A stretch of 64,000 bases of DNA from Treponemataceae bacterium (GTDB lineage Bacteria; Spirochaetota; Spirochaetia; Treponematales; Rectinemataceae): NCBI GenBank assembly GCA_963678065.2, contig CAXXVZ010000005.1:448001-512000 (forward strand), in the 5' to 3' direction. Below the pieces are notes generated by a model. It was not told the DNA's origin. It searched no databases and was given only the letters and a program-made list of their open reading frames with translations. Both the position numbers and the translations under genes were made by a program. This document shows, one piece after another, positions 27,558 to 36,409 of this stretch. Numbering within the stretch: position 1 is the first letter of the stretch; each line of letters starts with the position of its first letter.

Positions 27558-27579
27558 GATCTAGTGATATCGCTAGATC
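27558..27579. promoter_or_regulatory. Putative ArsR operator
   Basis: 22-bp near-perfect palindrome GATCTAGTGATATCGCTAGATC adjacent to a minus-strand TAGTAT/TATGAT -10. Confidence 0.75.
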
Positions 27580-27755
27580 ATACTATTCTCATACACAACG
27601 CGCAAGAGGCGGGCGAGCCGGATTCTGCAACGAGGCGCCGCGGCGGCGGCCCGCTTTGGTCCTTTACGAATCGAGCAAAAAGGTATTAAACTGGTTTTTC
27701 CCAGAAAGTTTGATGGCGACCTCGCCAGAGATAGGCGAGCCGTGGAGGATTCGAT

Positions 27756-28862
27756 ATGGACAACAACATCACCTGGTGGGCCTTCGACGAGGTCGAGGCC
27801 TTCATGAGAGCCGGATTCGAGGCGATCGGCGTCCCGCCCGAAGAGGCGGCAGTATGCGCCGACGTGCTCGTATCCGCCGACAAGCGCGGCGTCGACTCCC
27901 ACGGCGTCGGCCGCTACAAGCCGATCTACCTCGACCGCATCTGGGCCGGCACCCAGAATCCCAAGACCAACTTCGAGATCGTGAAGGAGAGCCCGACCAC
28001 TGCCGTCATCGACGGGCACAACGGTATGGGCCACTACATCGCCAAGCGGGCCATGCAGATGGCCATCGACAAGGCCGACAAGTACGGCCTCGGCATGACG
28101 GTCGTGCGCAACTCGACCCACTACGGCGCGGCGTTCTACTATCCCAACATGGCCATCCAGCGCGGCATGATCGGCATGACGACGACGAGCGCCCGGCCCT
28201 CCATCGCGCCGACCTGGGGCGTCGAGCCCATGCTCGGGACCAACCCCATGACCTGGGGCATGCCCTCCGACGAGCCCTTCCCCTTCATGCCCGACTACGC
28301 CACCTCGGTCACCCAGCGCGGCAAGCTCGAGCTCTACGACCGCCTCGGCAAGGACCTCCCCGACGGCTGGGTCATCGGCGAGGACGGCAAATACCGCCAC
28401 GACACCAAGCAGGTTCTCGTCGATCTGACCAAGGACAAGGCGGCCCTCACTCCCTTGGGCGGCCTCGGCGAAGACCTCGGCGGATACAAGGGCTACGGCA
28501 ACTCCATGGTCGTCGAACTCCTCTCCTCAGCCCTCTCTCAGGCCAACTTCATGAAGGCCCTCATGGGAGTCGGGAAAGACGGCAAGCCGACTTCCATCGA
28601 GCTCGGCCACAGCTTCCTCGCCATCAAGATCGACGCGTTCTGCGACCTGGAAGCCTTCAAGCGTCAGGTCGGCGAGATATCCCGCCAGCTCCGCGCCTCC
28701 AAGAAGGCCCCCGGCGCCGAGCGCATCTGGACCCCCGGCGAGAAAGAGTACGAGATATCCCTCTTCCGCAAGGACAAGGGCGTGCCCTTCAACGATCCGC
28801 TCAGGAACGCCTTCCGCGCGGTCAAAGAGAAACTGGGATTGCCGCACGAACTTCCGTTCTGA
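27756..28862 (+). CDS. Ldh_2 family (type 2 malate/L-lactate) dehydrogenase
   Basis: ADKRGVDSHG, RNSTHYG, GTNP, GYKGYG and PGEKE motifs. Confidence 0.9.
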   Translation: MDNNITWWAFDEVEAFMRAGFEAIGVPPEEAAVCADVLVSADKRGVDSHGVGRYKPIYLDRIWAGTQNPKTNFEIVKESPTTAVIDGHNGMGHYIAKRAMQMAIDKADKYGLGMTVVRNSTHYGAAFYYPNMAIQRGMIGMTTTSARPSIAPTWGVEPMLGTNPMTWGMPSDEPFPFMPDYATSVTQRGKLELYDRLGKDLPDGWVIGEDGKYRHDTKQVLVDLTKDKAALTPLGGLGEDLGGYKGYGNSMVVELLSSALSQANFMKALMGVGKDGKPTSIELGHSFLAIKIDAFCDLEAFKRQVGEISRQLRASKKAPGAERIWTPGEKEYEISLFRKDKGVPFNDPLRNAFRAVKEKLGLPHELPF

Positions 28863-28895
28863 TGAGCGATGGTCTCACATGAGCGATGGCCTCAT
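28862..28895. repeat. Imperfect 17-bp tandem duplication after the Ldh_2 stop
   Basis: ATGAGCGATGGTCTCAC followed by ATGAGCGATGGCCTCAT. Confidence 0.7.
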
Positions 28896-28929
28896 CGCGA
28901 CAGTACCGCAATCGATGAAGCGTCAATAA

Positions 28930-29901
28930 TCAGATCTCGCCGGCCCTGACGCAGGCGACGAAGCGCCGCGGCTCCAGCTCGCGCAGCTCGGGGTCGGCGA
29001 GAGAACAGGCGTCCACTGCGTAGGGGCAGCGGGGGGCGAAGCGGCAGCCCGGCTTCGGTTCGAGGGGGGAGCCTATTTCTCCCTTCAGGATGATCTGCCC
29101 GTCGACGGCCTCCGGATCGATCCGGGGAATGGCCGAGATCAGGGCCTTCGTGTAGGGATGGAGCTGCCGCCTGAAAAGCTCCCTCGACGGCGCCATCTCC
29201 ACGATCTGCCCGAGGTACATGACCGCGATGTCGTCGGAGATGTGTTTGACGACGGACATGTCGTGGGTGACGAACATGTAGGTGAGGCCGAGTTTGTCCT
29301 GCAGATCCTGCATGAGGTTGAGTATCTGCGCCTGCACGGACACGTCGAGGGCCGAAACCGGCTCGTCGCAGACGACGAATTTCGGCTCGAGGGCGAGGGC
29401 GCGGGCGACTCCGATCCTCTGCCGGCGCCCGCCGTCCAGTTCGTGCGGATAGGCGTCGTAGAGCCTGTCGGTCAGCTCGACGGTCTCCATGAGCCTGCGC
29501 ACCCTGGATTCCAGCTCTTTCCGCCCGTGCACCCTGCGGTGGATGACGAGGGGCTCGCCGATGATCCTGGAGACCGTCATGCGGGGATCCAGCGAGGCGT
29601 AGGGATCCTGGAAGATGATCTGCATCTGCTCGCGCAAGGCCCGCAATCGCGCGGGGCCCGCCTTCGTGACGTCGACGCCCTGGAAGCTCACCGTGCCGGA
29701 TGTGGGCTCGGTCAGGCGGAGGATGGCCCTGCCCGTCGTGGTCTTGCCGCAGCCGGATTCGCCCACGACGCCGATGGTCCGCCCCTCTTCGATGTCGAAG
29801 GAGAGGTTGTCGACGGCGTGGAGCTGGCCTTTCGGAGTGTGGAAGTATTTTTTCAGATTCCGCACCCGGAGGATGGGCACGGTGCCGGATGTCTCACTCA
29901 T
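28930..29901 (-). CDS. Oligo/dipeptide ABC ATP-binding protein (OppF/DppF-like)
   Basis: GESGCGKT, FQDPYASL, ELDGGRRQR, CDEPVSALD and GCRFAPRC motifs. Confidence 0.93.
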   Translation of the reverse strand: MSETSGTVPILRVRNLKKYFHTPKGQLHAVDNLSFDIEEGRTIGVVGESGCGKTTTGRAILRLTEPTSGTVSFQGVDVTKAGPARLRALREQMQIIFQDPYASLDPRMTVSRIIGEPLVIHRRVHGRKELESRVRRLMETVELTDRLYDAYPHELDGGRRQRIGVARALALEPKFVVCDEPVSALDVSVQAQILNLMQDLQDKLGLTYMFVTHDMSVVKHISDDIAVMYLGQIVEMAPSRELFRRQLHPYTKALISAIPRIDPEAVDGQIILKGEIGSPLEPKPGCRFAPRCPYAVDACSLADPELRELEPRRFVACVRAGEI

Positions 29902-29911
29902 GGTTTTGTCC

Positions 29912-30904
29912 TCATGATTTCTTCCCCATGCTGTTTTCGATTATTCCCTCATACATGAGGCACTCCACCCTTCTGCCCTCCCTTTCGACCGGCGCCGGGG
30001 CCCGCGTCGCGCACTCTTCCCGCGCGTAGGGACAGCGGGGTCTGAAGACGCAGCCTTCGGGAAGGCAGGAGGGATCGGGCATGAGCCCCTTTATGGGCGT
30101 CAGCCTTTCGCTGTCGACTTCCATCCGCGGAATGGAATTGAACAGTCCCTCGGTGTAGGGGTGGAAGGGCTTGCGGAATATGTCCGCGAGTTTCCCGTAC
30201 TCCACGATGCGGCCGGCGTACATGATCGCCACCTTGTCGCAGACCTGGGCCACGACGCCGAGATCGTGGCTGATGAGGATGAGCGTGGTGCCGAGCCTTG
30301 AGCGCAGGTCCTTGATCATGCGGAGCACCTGGGCCTGGATGGTCACGTCGAGGGCGGTCGTGGGTTCGTCCGCGAGAAGGAGCCTGGGGTTGCAGGCGAG
30401 CGCGGCTGCGATGACGACGCGCTGCTTCATGCCGCCGGAGAACTGGTGGGGGTAGTCGCCCGCCCTCTGGGCCGGAATGCCGACGAGTTCGAGCATCGCG
30501 CCGGCCTTCTCCAAGGCCTCATTGTGGGGAAGCTTGTCGTGGATCTCGTAGACCTCGGCGATCTGCTCGCCGACCGTGAAGATCGGGTTCAGCGAGGTCA
30601 TCGGGTCCTGGAAAATCATCGAAATCCGGTTGCCCCGGATTTTCCGCATCTCCTCCTCGGAGGCGGCCGTGAGGTCCCGGCCCTCGAAAGAGATGGTTCC
30701 GCCCGCGATCTGCCCCGTGATCTTGGGCAAGAGACGCAGTATGGAGAAGGCGGTAGTCGTCTTTCCGGCGCCGGTCTCGCCGACGAGGCCGAGGCTCTCT
30801 CCCTGGGCGAGGTCGAGGCTGACGCCGTTTACCGCGCGGACAACCTCGTCCTCGGTGACGTAGTGAACGTGCAGATCGCGAATGGACAGCTGCGCTTCGG
30901 ACAT
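29912..30904 (-). CDS. Oligo/dipeptide ABC ATP-binding protein (OppD/DppD-like)
   Basis: [26 protein letters not shown] and DEPTTALD motifs. Confidence 0.93.
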   Translation of the reverse strand: MSEAQLSIRDLHVHYVTEDEVVRAVNGVSLDLAQGESLGLVGETGAGKTTTAFSILRLLPKITGQIAGGTISFEGRDLTAASEEEMRKIRGNRISMIFQDPMTSLNPIFTVGEQIAEVYEIHDKLPHNEALEKAGAMLELVGIPAQRAGDYPHQFSGGMKQRVVIAAALACNPRLLLADEPTTALDVTIQAQVLRMIKDLRSRLGTTLILISHDLGVVAQVCDKVAIMYAGRIVEYGKLADIFRKPFHPYTEGLFNSIPRMEVDSERLTPIKGLMPDPSCLPEGCVFRPRCPYAREECATRAPAPVEREGRRVECLMYEGIIENSMGKKS

Positions 30905-30915
30905 GGCCTTCTCCT

Positions 30916-31890
30916 CTATCTCTTGAGCTTCGGATCGAGGGCATCCCTGAGGCCGTCCCCGATGAGGTTGTAGGCGAGAATGACCGTCATGATGGCCAGT
31001 CCGGGAAAGATCAGAGTGTGGGGAGCGCTGATGAGGTAGGCCCGCGCCTCGGAGAGCATGTTTCCCCACTCGGGCGAGGGGGGCTGGATGCCGAGTCCGA
31101 GGAAGGAGAGGGAAGTCGCCGACAGGATGGACTGGGCGATGCCGAGCGTCGCCTGGACGATGACGGGGGCCATGCAGTTGGGCAGGATGTGAAGGCCGAT
31201 TATCCGGAGGTCCCGGGCCCCGAGGGCGCGCGCAGCTTCCACGAACTCCTGGTCCTTCACGGTGAGCACCGAGGCCCGCACCAGCCGGATGTAGACGGGG
31301 ATCGAAGTCACGCCGATGGCCAGGAGAAGGTTGCGGAAGCTGGGGCCTAGGGCGGCCACGATGGCCAGGGCGAAGAGGATGTTGGGTATGGCGAGGAGGA
31401 TGTCGGCCCCGCGCATGATGACTGTCTCGATTTTCCCGCCGTAGTAGCCTGCGATGGCGCCCAGCGCGCCTCCGAAGAAGACGGCGAAGGCCACGGTGGT
31501 GAAACCGATGATCATGGAGACCCTCGCGCCGTGCACGATGCGGCCAAGGATGTCCCGCCCGAAGTTGTCGGCCCCGAAAATGTAGAGATGGGCTGTCTCC
31601 GTCCCGTTCCAGTCGACCGGCCTCGTCTCTCCGACCTTGGCGAAGGTGTTGGATATCTGGTTGCCGGTGATGAAGTCGTAGGGGTACAGGAGATCGGCGA
31701 AAAGCGCCATAAGGATGTAGAGAATGACGACGACCGCTCCCGCGACCGCCAGCTTGTTCTTTCTGAAGCGGAACCAGAACTCCTCGAAGGGGCCCCTCCT
31801 CCTGCGCGCAACTACGGAGAAGTCGTGCGCGGAAGCAGAAGAGCCGAGCGGCGAGCCGGACCTAGCTGTTGACTGCGGCATTCTTGCCAC
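30916..31890 (-). CDS. Oligo/dipeptide ABC permease (OppC/DppC-like)
   Basis: FGADNFGRD, EFVEAARALGA, SFLGLG and GDGLRDALDP motifs. Confidence 0.93.
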   Translation of the reverse strand: MARMPQSTARSGSPLGSSASAHDFSVVARRRRGPFEEFWFRFRKNKLAVAGAVVVILYILMALFADLLYPYDFITGNQISNTFAKVGETRPVDWNGTETAHLYIFGADNFGRDILGRIVHGARVSMIIGFTTVAFAVFFGGALGAIAGYYGGKIETVIMRGADILLAIPNILFALAIVAALGPSFRNLLLAIGVTSIPVYIRLVRASVLTVKDQEFVEAARALGARDLRIIGLHILPNCMAPVIVQATLGIAQSILSATSLSFLGLGIQPPSPEWGNMLSEARAYLISAPHTLIFPGLAIMTVILAYNLIGDGLRDALDPKLKR

Positions 31891-32881
31891 CTCTCCGGAA
31901 TACTGTGCGTTTCGTCAGGTACTGCGCCTTGATGCGGGGATCGATCAGAGCGTACAGGATGTCGACGACGAGGTTCATGAGGGCGAATACGATCGCCACG
32001 AAAACGACTGAGGCGAGGATCTGGGGCGTGTCCTTCCTCTGGATGGCGTCGACCATGATGGTTCCGATGCCCGGGTAGGAAAAGACGGTCTCCGTGAGCA
32101 CCGCGCCGACGAGGAGCTGCCCCACCTGGAGGCCGATCACCGTCACCACCGGGATGAGGGCGTTCCGGAGGGCATGCTTCCTGATCACCGTCTTCTCGTC
32201 CAGACCCTTGGCCCTGGCTGTCCTGATGTAGTCCTGCCTGATCACCTCCAGCATCGAGGAGCGTGTCATGCGGGTCTGCACCGCGGTGTTCATGGCGGCG
32301 AGGGTTATGGAGGGCAGGACGATGGACAACAGATTTGCCGGCGTGGCGAGGGAAGGAAAGATGCGCAGCTGCACGGAAAACACCCAGATCAGCATCATGC
32401 CCAGCCAGAAGGCGGGCACAGAGAGACCCACGAGGGCCAGGATGGTCACCGCCATGTCGGTCTTCGAGTACTGGCGCGTCGCCGAAATGATGCCCATGGG
32501 TATCGAGACGGCGATGGAGAGGCTCAGGGCGACGAGGGCCAGGAGGGCGGTGTTGGGAAAGCGGTCGAGTATCGTCCCGAAAACCGGCCGGTTGGAGACG
32601 TACGAACGGCCGAGATCGAGGGCCACCAGTCCCTTGTAGTCGAATGAGCCGTCGCCCGGGCTCTTGAAGCCGAAAAGGAAATGAAAATACTGGGCGAGGA
32701 AAGGCTGGTCGATGCCCATGAGGTTCCTCATGTGGGCGACATCGAGCTCCGTGGCGTCCTGCGGCAGAAGCATCCGCGCGGGGTCTCCCGGCGAGATGTA
32801 GGTGAGGGTGAATACGATGAAGGTCACTCCCAGAATGACGGGTATCAGTTGCAGGAGCCTTCGCGCTATGTACCGGGTCAT
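31862..32881 (-). CDS. Oligo/dipeptide ABC permease (OppB/DppB-like)
   Basis: YIARRLL, PGDPA, DYIRTARAKGL and LYALIDPRI motifs. Confidence 0.93.
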   Translation of the reverse strand: MTRYIARRLLQLIPVILGVTFIVFTLTYISPGDPARMLLPQDATELDVAHMRNLMGIDQPFLAQYFHFLFGFKSPGDGSFDYKGLVALDLGRSYVSNRPVFGTILDRFPNTALLALVALSLSIAVSIPMGIISATRQYSKTDMAVTILALVGLSVPAFWLGMMLIWVFSVQLRIFPSLATPANLLSIVLPSITLAAMNTAVQTRMTRSSMLEVIRQDYIRTARAKGLDEKTVIRKHALRNALIPVVTVIGLQVGQLLVGAVLTETVFSYPGIGTIMVDAIQRKDTPQILASVVFVAIVFALMNLVVDILYALIDPRIKAQYLTKRTVFRRGGKNAAVNS

Positions 32882-33050
32882 GCGGCTTGCCTCGGGTTGG
32901 ACGTCCATTGACGTCCGGCGTCTACTGACGCCATGCGTCGGGTGACGTCAGGCGCCTGGTGATTTCATGCGTCCGGGGACGCAAAGCGTCATACGTACGA
33001 CGCCGGGAATCTCTTCCGGAAGACGGAGTGCGCCTTCCGGAAGAGCCTTG

Positions 33051-33079
33051 TTCATGCGGCGGGAAACCCGCCGCATGAA
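33051..33079 (-). terminator. Intercistronic stem-loop right after oppA (stabiliser or partial terminator)
   Basis: TTCATGCGGCGGG-AAA-CCCGCCGCATGAA; a second hairpin CTCTTCCGGAAG/CTTCCGGAAGAG lies at 33011-33045. Confidence 0.75.
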
Positions 33080-33082
33080 ACA

Positions 33083-34816
33083 TTACTTCTTGAGCCCCTT
33101 GGTCGCGTCGACCAGTCTGAAGGAGCCGGAGGGGAAGATCTCGACGCCGTCGATGTTCTTCTGGCAGGCGGAGATGCCCAACATGGCGACGAGGGGGACG
33201 CGGGGCATGGCCTTGAGGATTTCCCTGGAGGCATTCTGGTAGGCGGTGTTGCGCTCGGGGCCGTTGGGGAGGGCGTTGCCCTTCTCGATCCACTCCTGGG
33301 CACCCTTCGTGTAGTACTTGGTGTCGTGCAGAAGGGAGGTGTTGTCGCCGTCGAAGGCCACGAAGATATAGTAGGAATCGTCGGTCTGGGTCCAGTTGAC
33401 GAGGACGTCCCACACGGCGGGATCGGCCTTGCCGCGGCGGGTGGCCAGTTCGGAGAGGGCGACCTGCTCGATGTTGATGAGGTCGACACCGAGTGTGCGC
33501 TTGACCTGATCCTTCACGACGAGGGCTTCCTTGACATACATGCTGCCCGAGAGGGCCGTGCATTTGACGGAAGCGGCCTGCTTCATCGAGGCGGGAAGGG
33601 AGGCGAAGAGCTCCTTGGCCTTCTGGGGATTGTAGTAGCCGGTCTTGGAGTTGCCTTCCGCGATGCGGGTGCCGGCGGCATCCTCGATGTGGCCGAAGGG
33701 GAGACTCTCGACGTACTGGAGGCTGACGATGCCCTTCTTGTCCATGATGTCGGGCGAGTTGACGATGTCCGAGGGATTGATGGAGTAGACGATGGCCATC
33801 CTGAGCTTGGTCTGGTTGGAGGAGAGGTCGTACTCGCCGTCGAGGTCGGGCGTTCCATCGGCTTTTACCTGGCCGACGAGGGGAGACTTCATGTTGAAGC
33901 CCAGATAGTGGTAGCCGAAGTGGCCATTGGTTGTGAGGATGGTGCCGCCCTGCATCTCGATTTCCCGCGCGTCGAGAGGAACGACACCCATGATGAGGTC
34001 GACTTCCTTGTTGAGGAAGGCGGTCTTGAGGGCCGAGGGGTCCTTGATCGTCTTGAACTGAATCTTGTCAGCGTTGCTCTTCACGCCCGAGTCGAAGTAG
34101 TCCTTGTTTTTCACGAGGGTGACGTTGTCGCCCTGGCTCCAGGACTCGAACTTGAAGGGGCCCGTCCCTACCGCCCAGGTGATGCCGTAGTCCTTGAGGC
34201 TGCCGTCGGCGGCGGCTTTCTCGAGCGTCGACTTGCTGACGATCGAGGCGCCGAGCCAGGTGAGCTGGTTGAGCTGGGAGCCGAAGGCGGCGGGTTTGAA
34301 GTAGGGGGTTCTGGCTTCGAAGGACTTGAAGCTGTTCTCGGTCGTGCCCGCGGGCGCCTTCGAGGGATCGAAGCGGCCTGTCCGGAACTGGAGGGTGTAC
34401 TCGTCGATCTTCTTCATGTCGTACATCATGGCGAAGATGGACTTCATCTGGGATTTGTCGTGGAATGCCCCGCGCTGGAAGGAGTACAGGACATCGTCGA
34501 TGGTGAACTTCGCGCCGTTGTGGAAGCGCACGCCCTCGCGCACCTTGATGGTGTACTTGGTGCCGTTCTCTTCGATCTTCGGAAGGTCGACGGCGAGATT
34601 GGGAGTGATCCTTCCCTCCTTGGTGAGATCGTACAGGCGATCGTAGATCAGCAGATTGATGTTGTGCGTCGGAGTGTCGGAGTACATCGGTGGATCGAGG
34701 ATGACCGGATCGGTCCCCTGTCCCACGATGATCTTTACCTCAGCCGCGGTAGCGGAAAGGGTCGCGATCAGGCAGAGCGCGAGCGCGAGGGCGATGGACT
34801 TCGGAATTCTCTTCAT
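33083..34816 (-). CDS. Peptide ABC substrate-binding protein (family 5)
   Basis: Signal peptide MKRIPK..ATA; LDP, IYDRL, VREGVRFHNG and GTGPFKF motifs; AGGAGG RBS. Confidence 0.92.
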   Translation of the reverse strand: MKRIPKSIALALALCLIATLSATAAEVKIIVGQGTDPVILDPPMYSDTPTHNINLLIYDRLYDLTKEGRITPNLAVDLPKIEENGTKYTIKVREGVRFHNGAKFTIDDVLYSFQRGAFHDKSQMKSIFAMMYDMKKIDEYTLQFRTGRFDPSKAPAGTTENSFKSFEARTPYFKPAAFGSQLNQLTWLGASIVSKSTLEKAAADGSLKDYGITWAVGTGPFKFESWSQGDNVTLVKNKDYFDSGVKSNADKIQFKTIKDPSALKTAFLNKEVDLIMGVVPLDAREIEMQGGTILTTNGHFGYHYLGFNMKSPLVGQVKADGTPDLDGEYDLSSNQTKLRMAIVYSINPSDIVNSPDIMDKKGIVSLQYVESLPFGHIEDAAGTRIAEGNSKTGYYNPQKAKELFASLPASMKQAASVKCTALSGSMYVKEALVVKDQVKRTLGVDLINIEQVALSELATRRGKADPAVWDVLVNWTQTDDSYYIFVAFDGDNTSLLHDTKYYTKGAQEWIEKGNALPNGPERNTAYQNASREILKAMPRVPLVAMLGISACQKNIDGVEIFPSGSFRLVDATKGLKK

Positions 34817-34888
34817 CGTCATTCCTCCTTGATTCATTGAGTCGCCGCCATTCTACGCCCACCTTGGGCGTTCTTATTTGAAGAAACG

Positions 34889-34916
34889 ATTATGCGAGGC
34901 TTAATATTCGATTAAG
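34889..34916. promoter_or_regulatory. Candidate OmpR/PhoB-type binding site (three hexamers at 11-bp period)
   Basis: ATTATG (34889), CTTAAT (34900) and ATTAAG (34911), upstream of the oppA -10 TAGAAT (34850-34855, minus). Confidence 0.45.
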
Positions 34917-34987
34917 ACGCCCGTATTCGCTTCCGGAACGGCGGCGGCAGGAGTATACACGAGACTGACCGCGAAGCCGGAGGTTGT

Positions 34988-36409
34988 ATGGACAAAGAGG
35001 GAATTCATGGCGCCATAGAGGCGCGCAAAGAGCTTTTCGCGAAGCACGCTCTCTCTCTCTGGGAAGAGCCGGAGCTGTCGTTCGAGGAAAAAAAATCGTC
35101 TGCCCTGCAGAAGACCCTCTGCCGGGAACTGGGATTCCGGGTCACCGAACTCGACGCGGTCCAGAACTACGCCTTCGTGGCGGAATACGGCGAGGGGAAA
35201 CCTGTCATCGGCTTTCTCGGTGAATTCGACGCTCTGCCCGGCCTCTCCCAAAAGATCGGCATCGAGCGCGAACCCGCCGTGTCGGGCGGACCAGGCCACG
35301 GCTGTGGCCACAACCTCCTCGGGACCGCCTGCCTCGCGGCGGCAGACGGCGTCAGGGCGGCGCTGGAGGCGGGTTCCCTGAAAGGGACCGTCCGGTATTT
35401 CGGATGCCCCGCCGAAGAGCAGCTGGGCAAACCCGTGCTCGCCCGTGCCGGCGTTTTCGACGGCCTCGACGCCGTCCTCTCATGGCACCCGGCCGATCTC
35501 AACACGGTGGCGGCCTACGGGACGAATGCCTCGATACAGCTCGAGTTCCGCTTCAAGGGCAAGCCTGCCCACGCGGCCCAGGTGCCGCATATGGGGCGAT
35601 CGGCCCTGGATGCCCTCACACTGATGAACGTGGGCCTCGAGTTCCTGCGGGAACACATGCCCTCCTCGGCCCGCGTCCACTATGTCGTGACCTCGGGAGG
35701 AGACAGGCCCAACATCGTGCCGGAGCACGCGGCGGGCATCTATCAGGCCCGTTCGCCGCGCATGCGCGAGGCGGTGGATCTCGTCACCAGGATCGTCGAC
35801 GTGGCCAGAGGCGCCGCCCTGATGACGGGCACTACGATGGAATACCGCTTCCTGCACGGCTGCCACGACGTCGTCCCCAACGGGGTCATTTCCGACCTCC
35901 TTTCCGACAACCTGAAGTCGGCGCCCTTCCCGCGCTACGACGAGGCCGACCGGCGGCTCGCGGCGGGACTGTGCGCGACGACGACGGAAGACCAGCGCCG
36001 GGCCACCCTGGAGATGTTGGGAGTGGACTCGGCCTCGGCGGCGGGGCTCGCCCGGCTCTCCCTCCACGATGGTATCGGCTACTGGGGCAAGGGATGGACG
36101 ATCCCGGCTTCCACCGATGTGGGCGACGTCTCGCACATCGCGCCGACGGCCCAGATCAACACGGCGACCTGGCCGATGGGCGTCGGCTCCCACACCTGGC
36201 AGGCGACGGCGGCTTCGGGTTCGGGCATCGGCATGAAAGGGATGCTCTACGCCTCGCAGGTCCTCGCGGGGGCGGCCTTCGACCTGATGACGAATCCGGA
36301 GCTTCTCGCCTCGGCGCAGAGGGAATTCTCCGAAGTCCTCAAAGGAGAGCCGTATTCGGCCGCGGAAGACCTCATTGCGGGGAGGGCGGATCCCGGAAGC
36401 GGAGCGTGA
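34988..36409 (+). CDS. M20 family amidohydrolase (AbgB-like)
   Basis: PELSFEE, GEFDALPGLSQ, GHGCGHNLLG, GCPAEE, SWHP, STDVGDVS and HTWQ motifs. Confidence 0.92.
   Translation: MDKEGIHGAIEARKELFAKHALSLWEEPELSFEEKKSSALQKTLCRELGFRVTELDAVQNYAFVAEYGEGKPVIGFLGEFDALPGLSQKIGIEREPAVSGGPGHGCGHNLLGTACLAAADGVRAALEAGSLKGTVRYFGCPAEEQLGKPVLARAGVFDGLDAVLSWHPADLNTVAAYGTNASIQLEFRFKGKPAHAAQVPHMGRSALDALTLMNVGLEFLREHMPSSARVHYVVTSGGDRPNIVPEHAAGIYQARSPRMREAVDLVTRIVDVARGAALMTGTTMEYRFLHGCHDVVPNGVISDLLSDNLKSAPFPRYDEADRRLAAGLCATTTEDQRRATLEMLGVDSASAAGLARLSLHDGIGYWGKGWTIPASTDVGDVSHIAPTAQINTATWPMGVGSHTWQATAASGSGIGMKGMLYASQVLAGAAFDLMTNPELLASAQREFSEVLKGEPYSAAEDLIAGRADPGSGA

Noticed and set aside
36372..36409. 38-bp convergent overlap of the M20 and kinase 3' ends as antisense regulation
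   Set aside because: Short tail-to-tail overlaps are common in GC-rich genomes and there is no further support.
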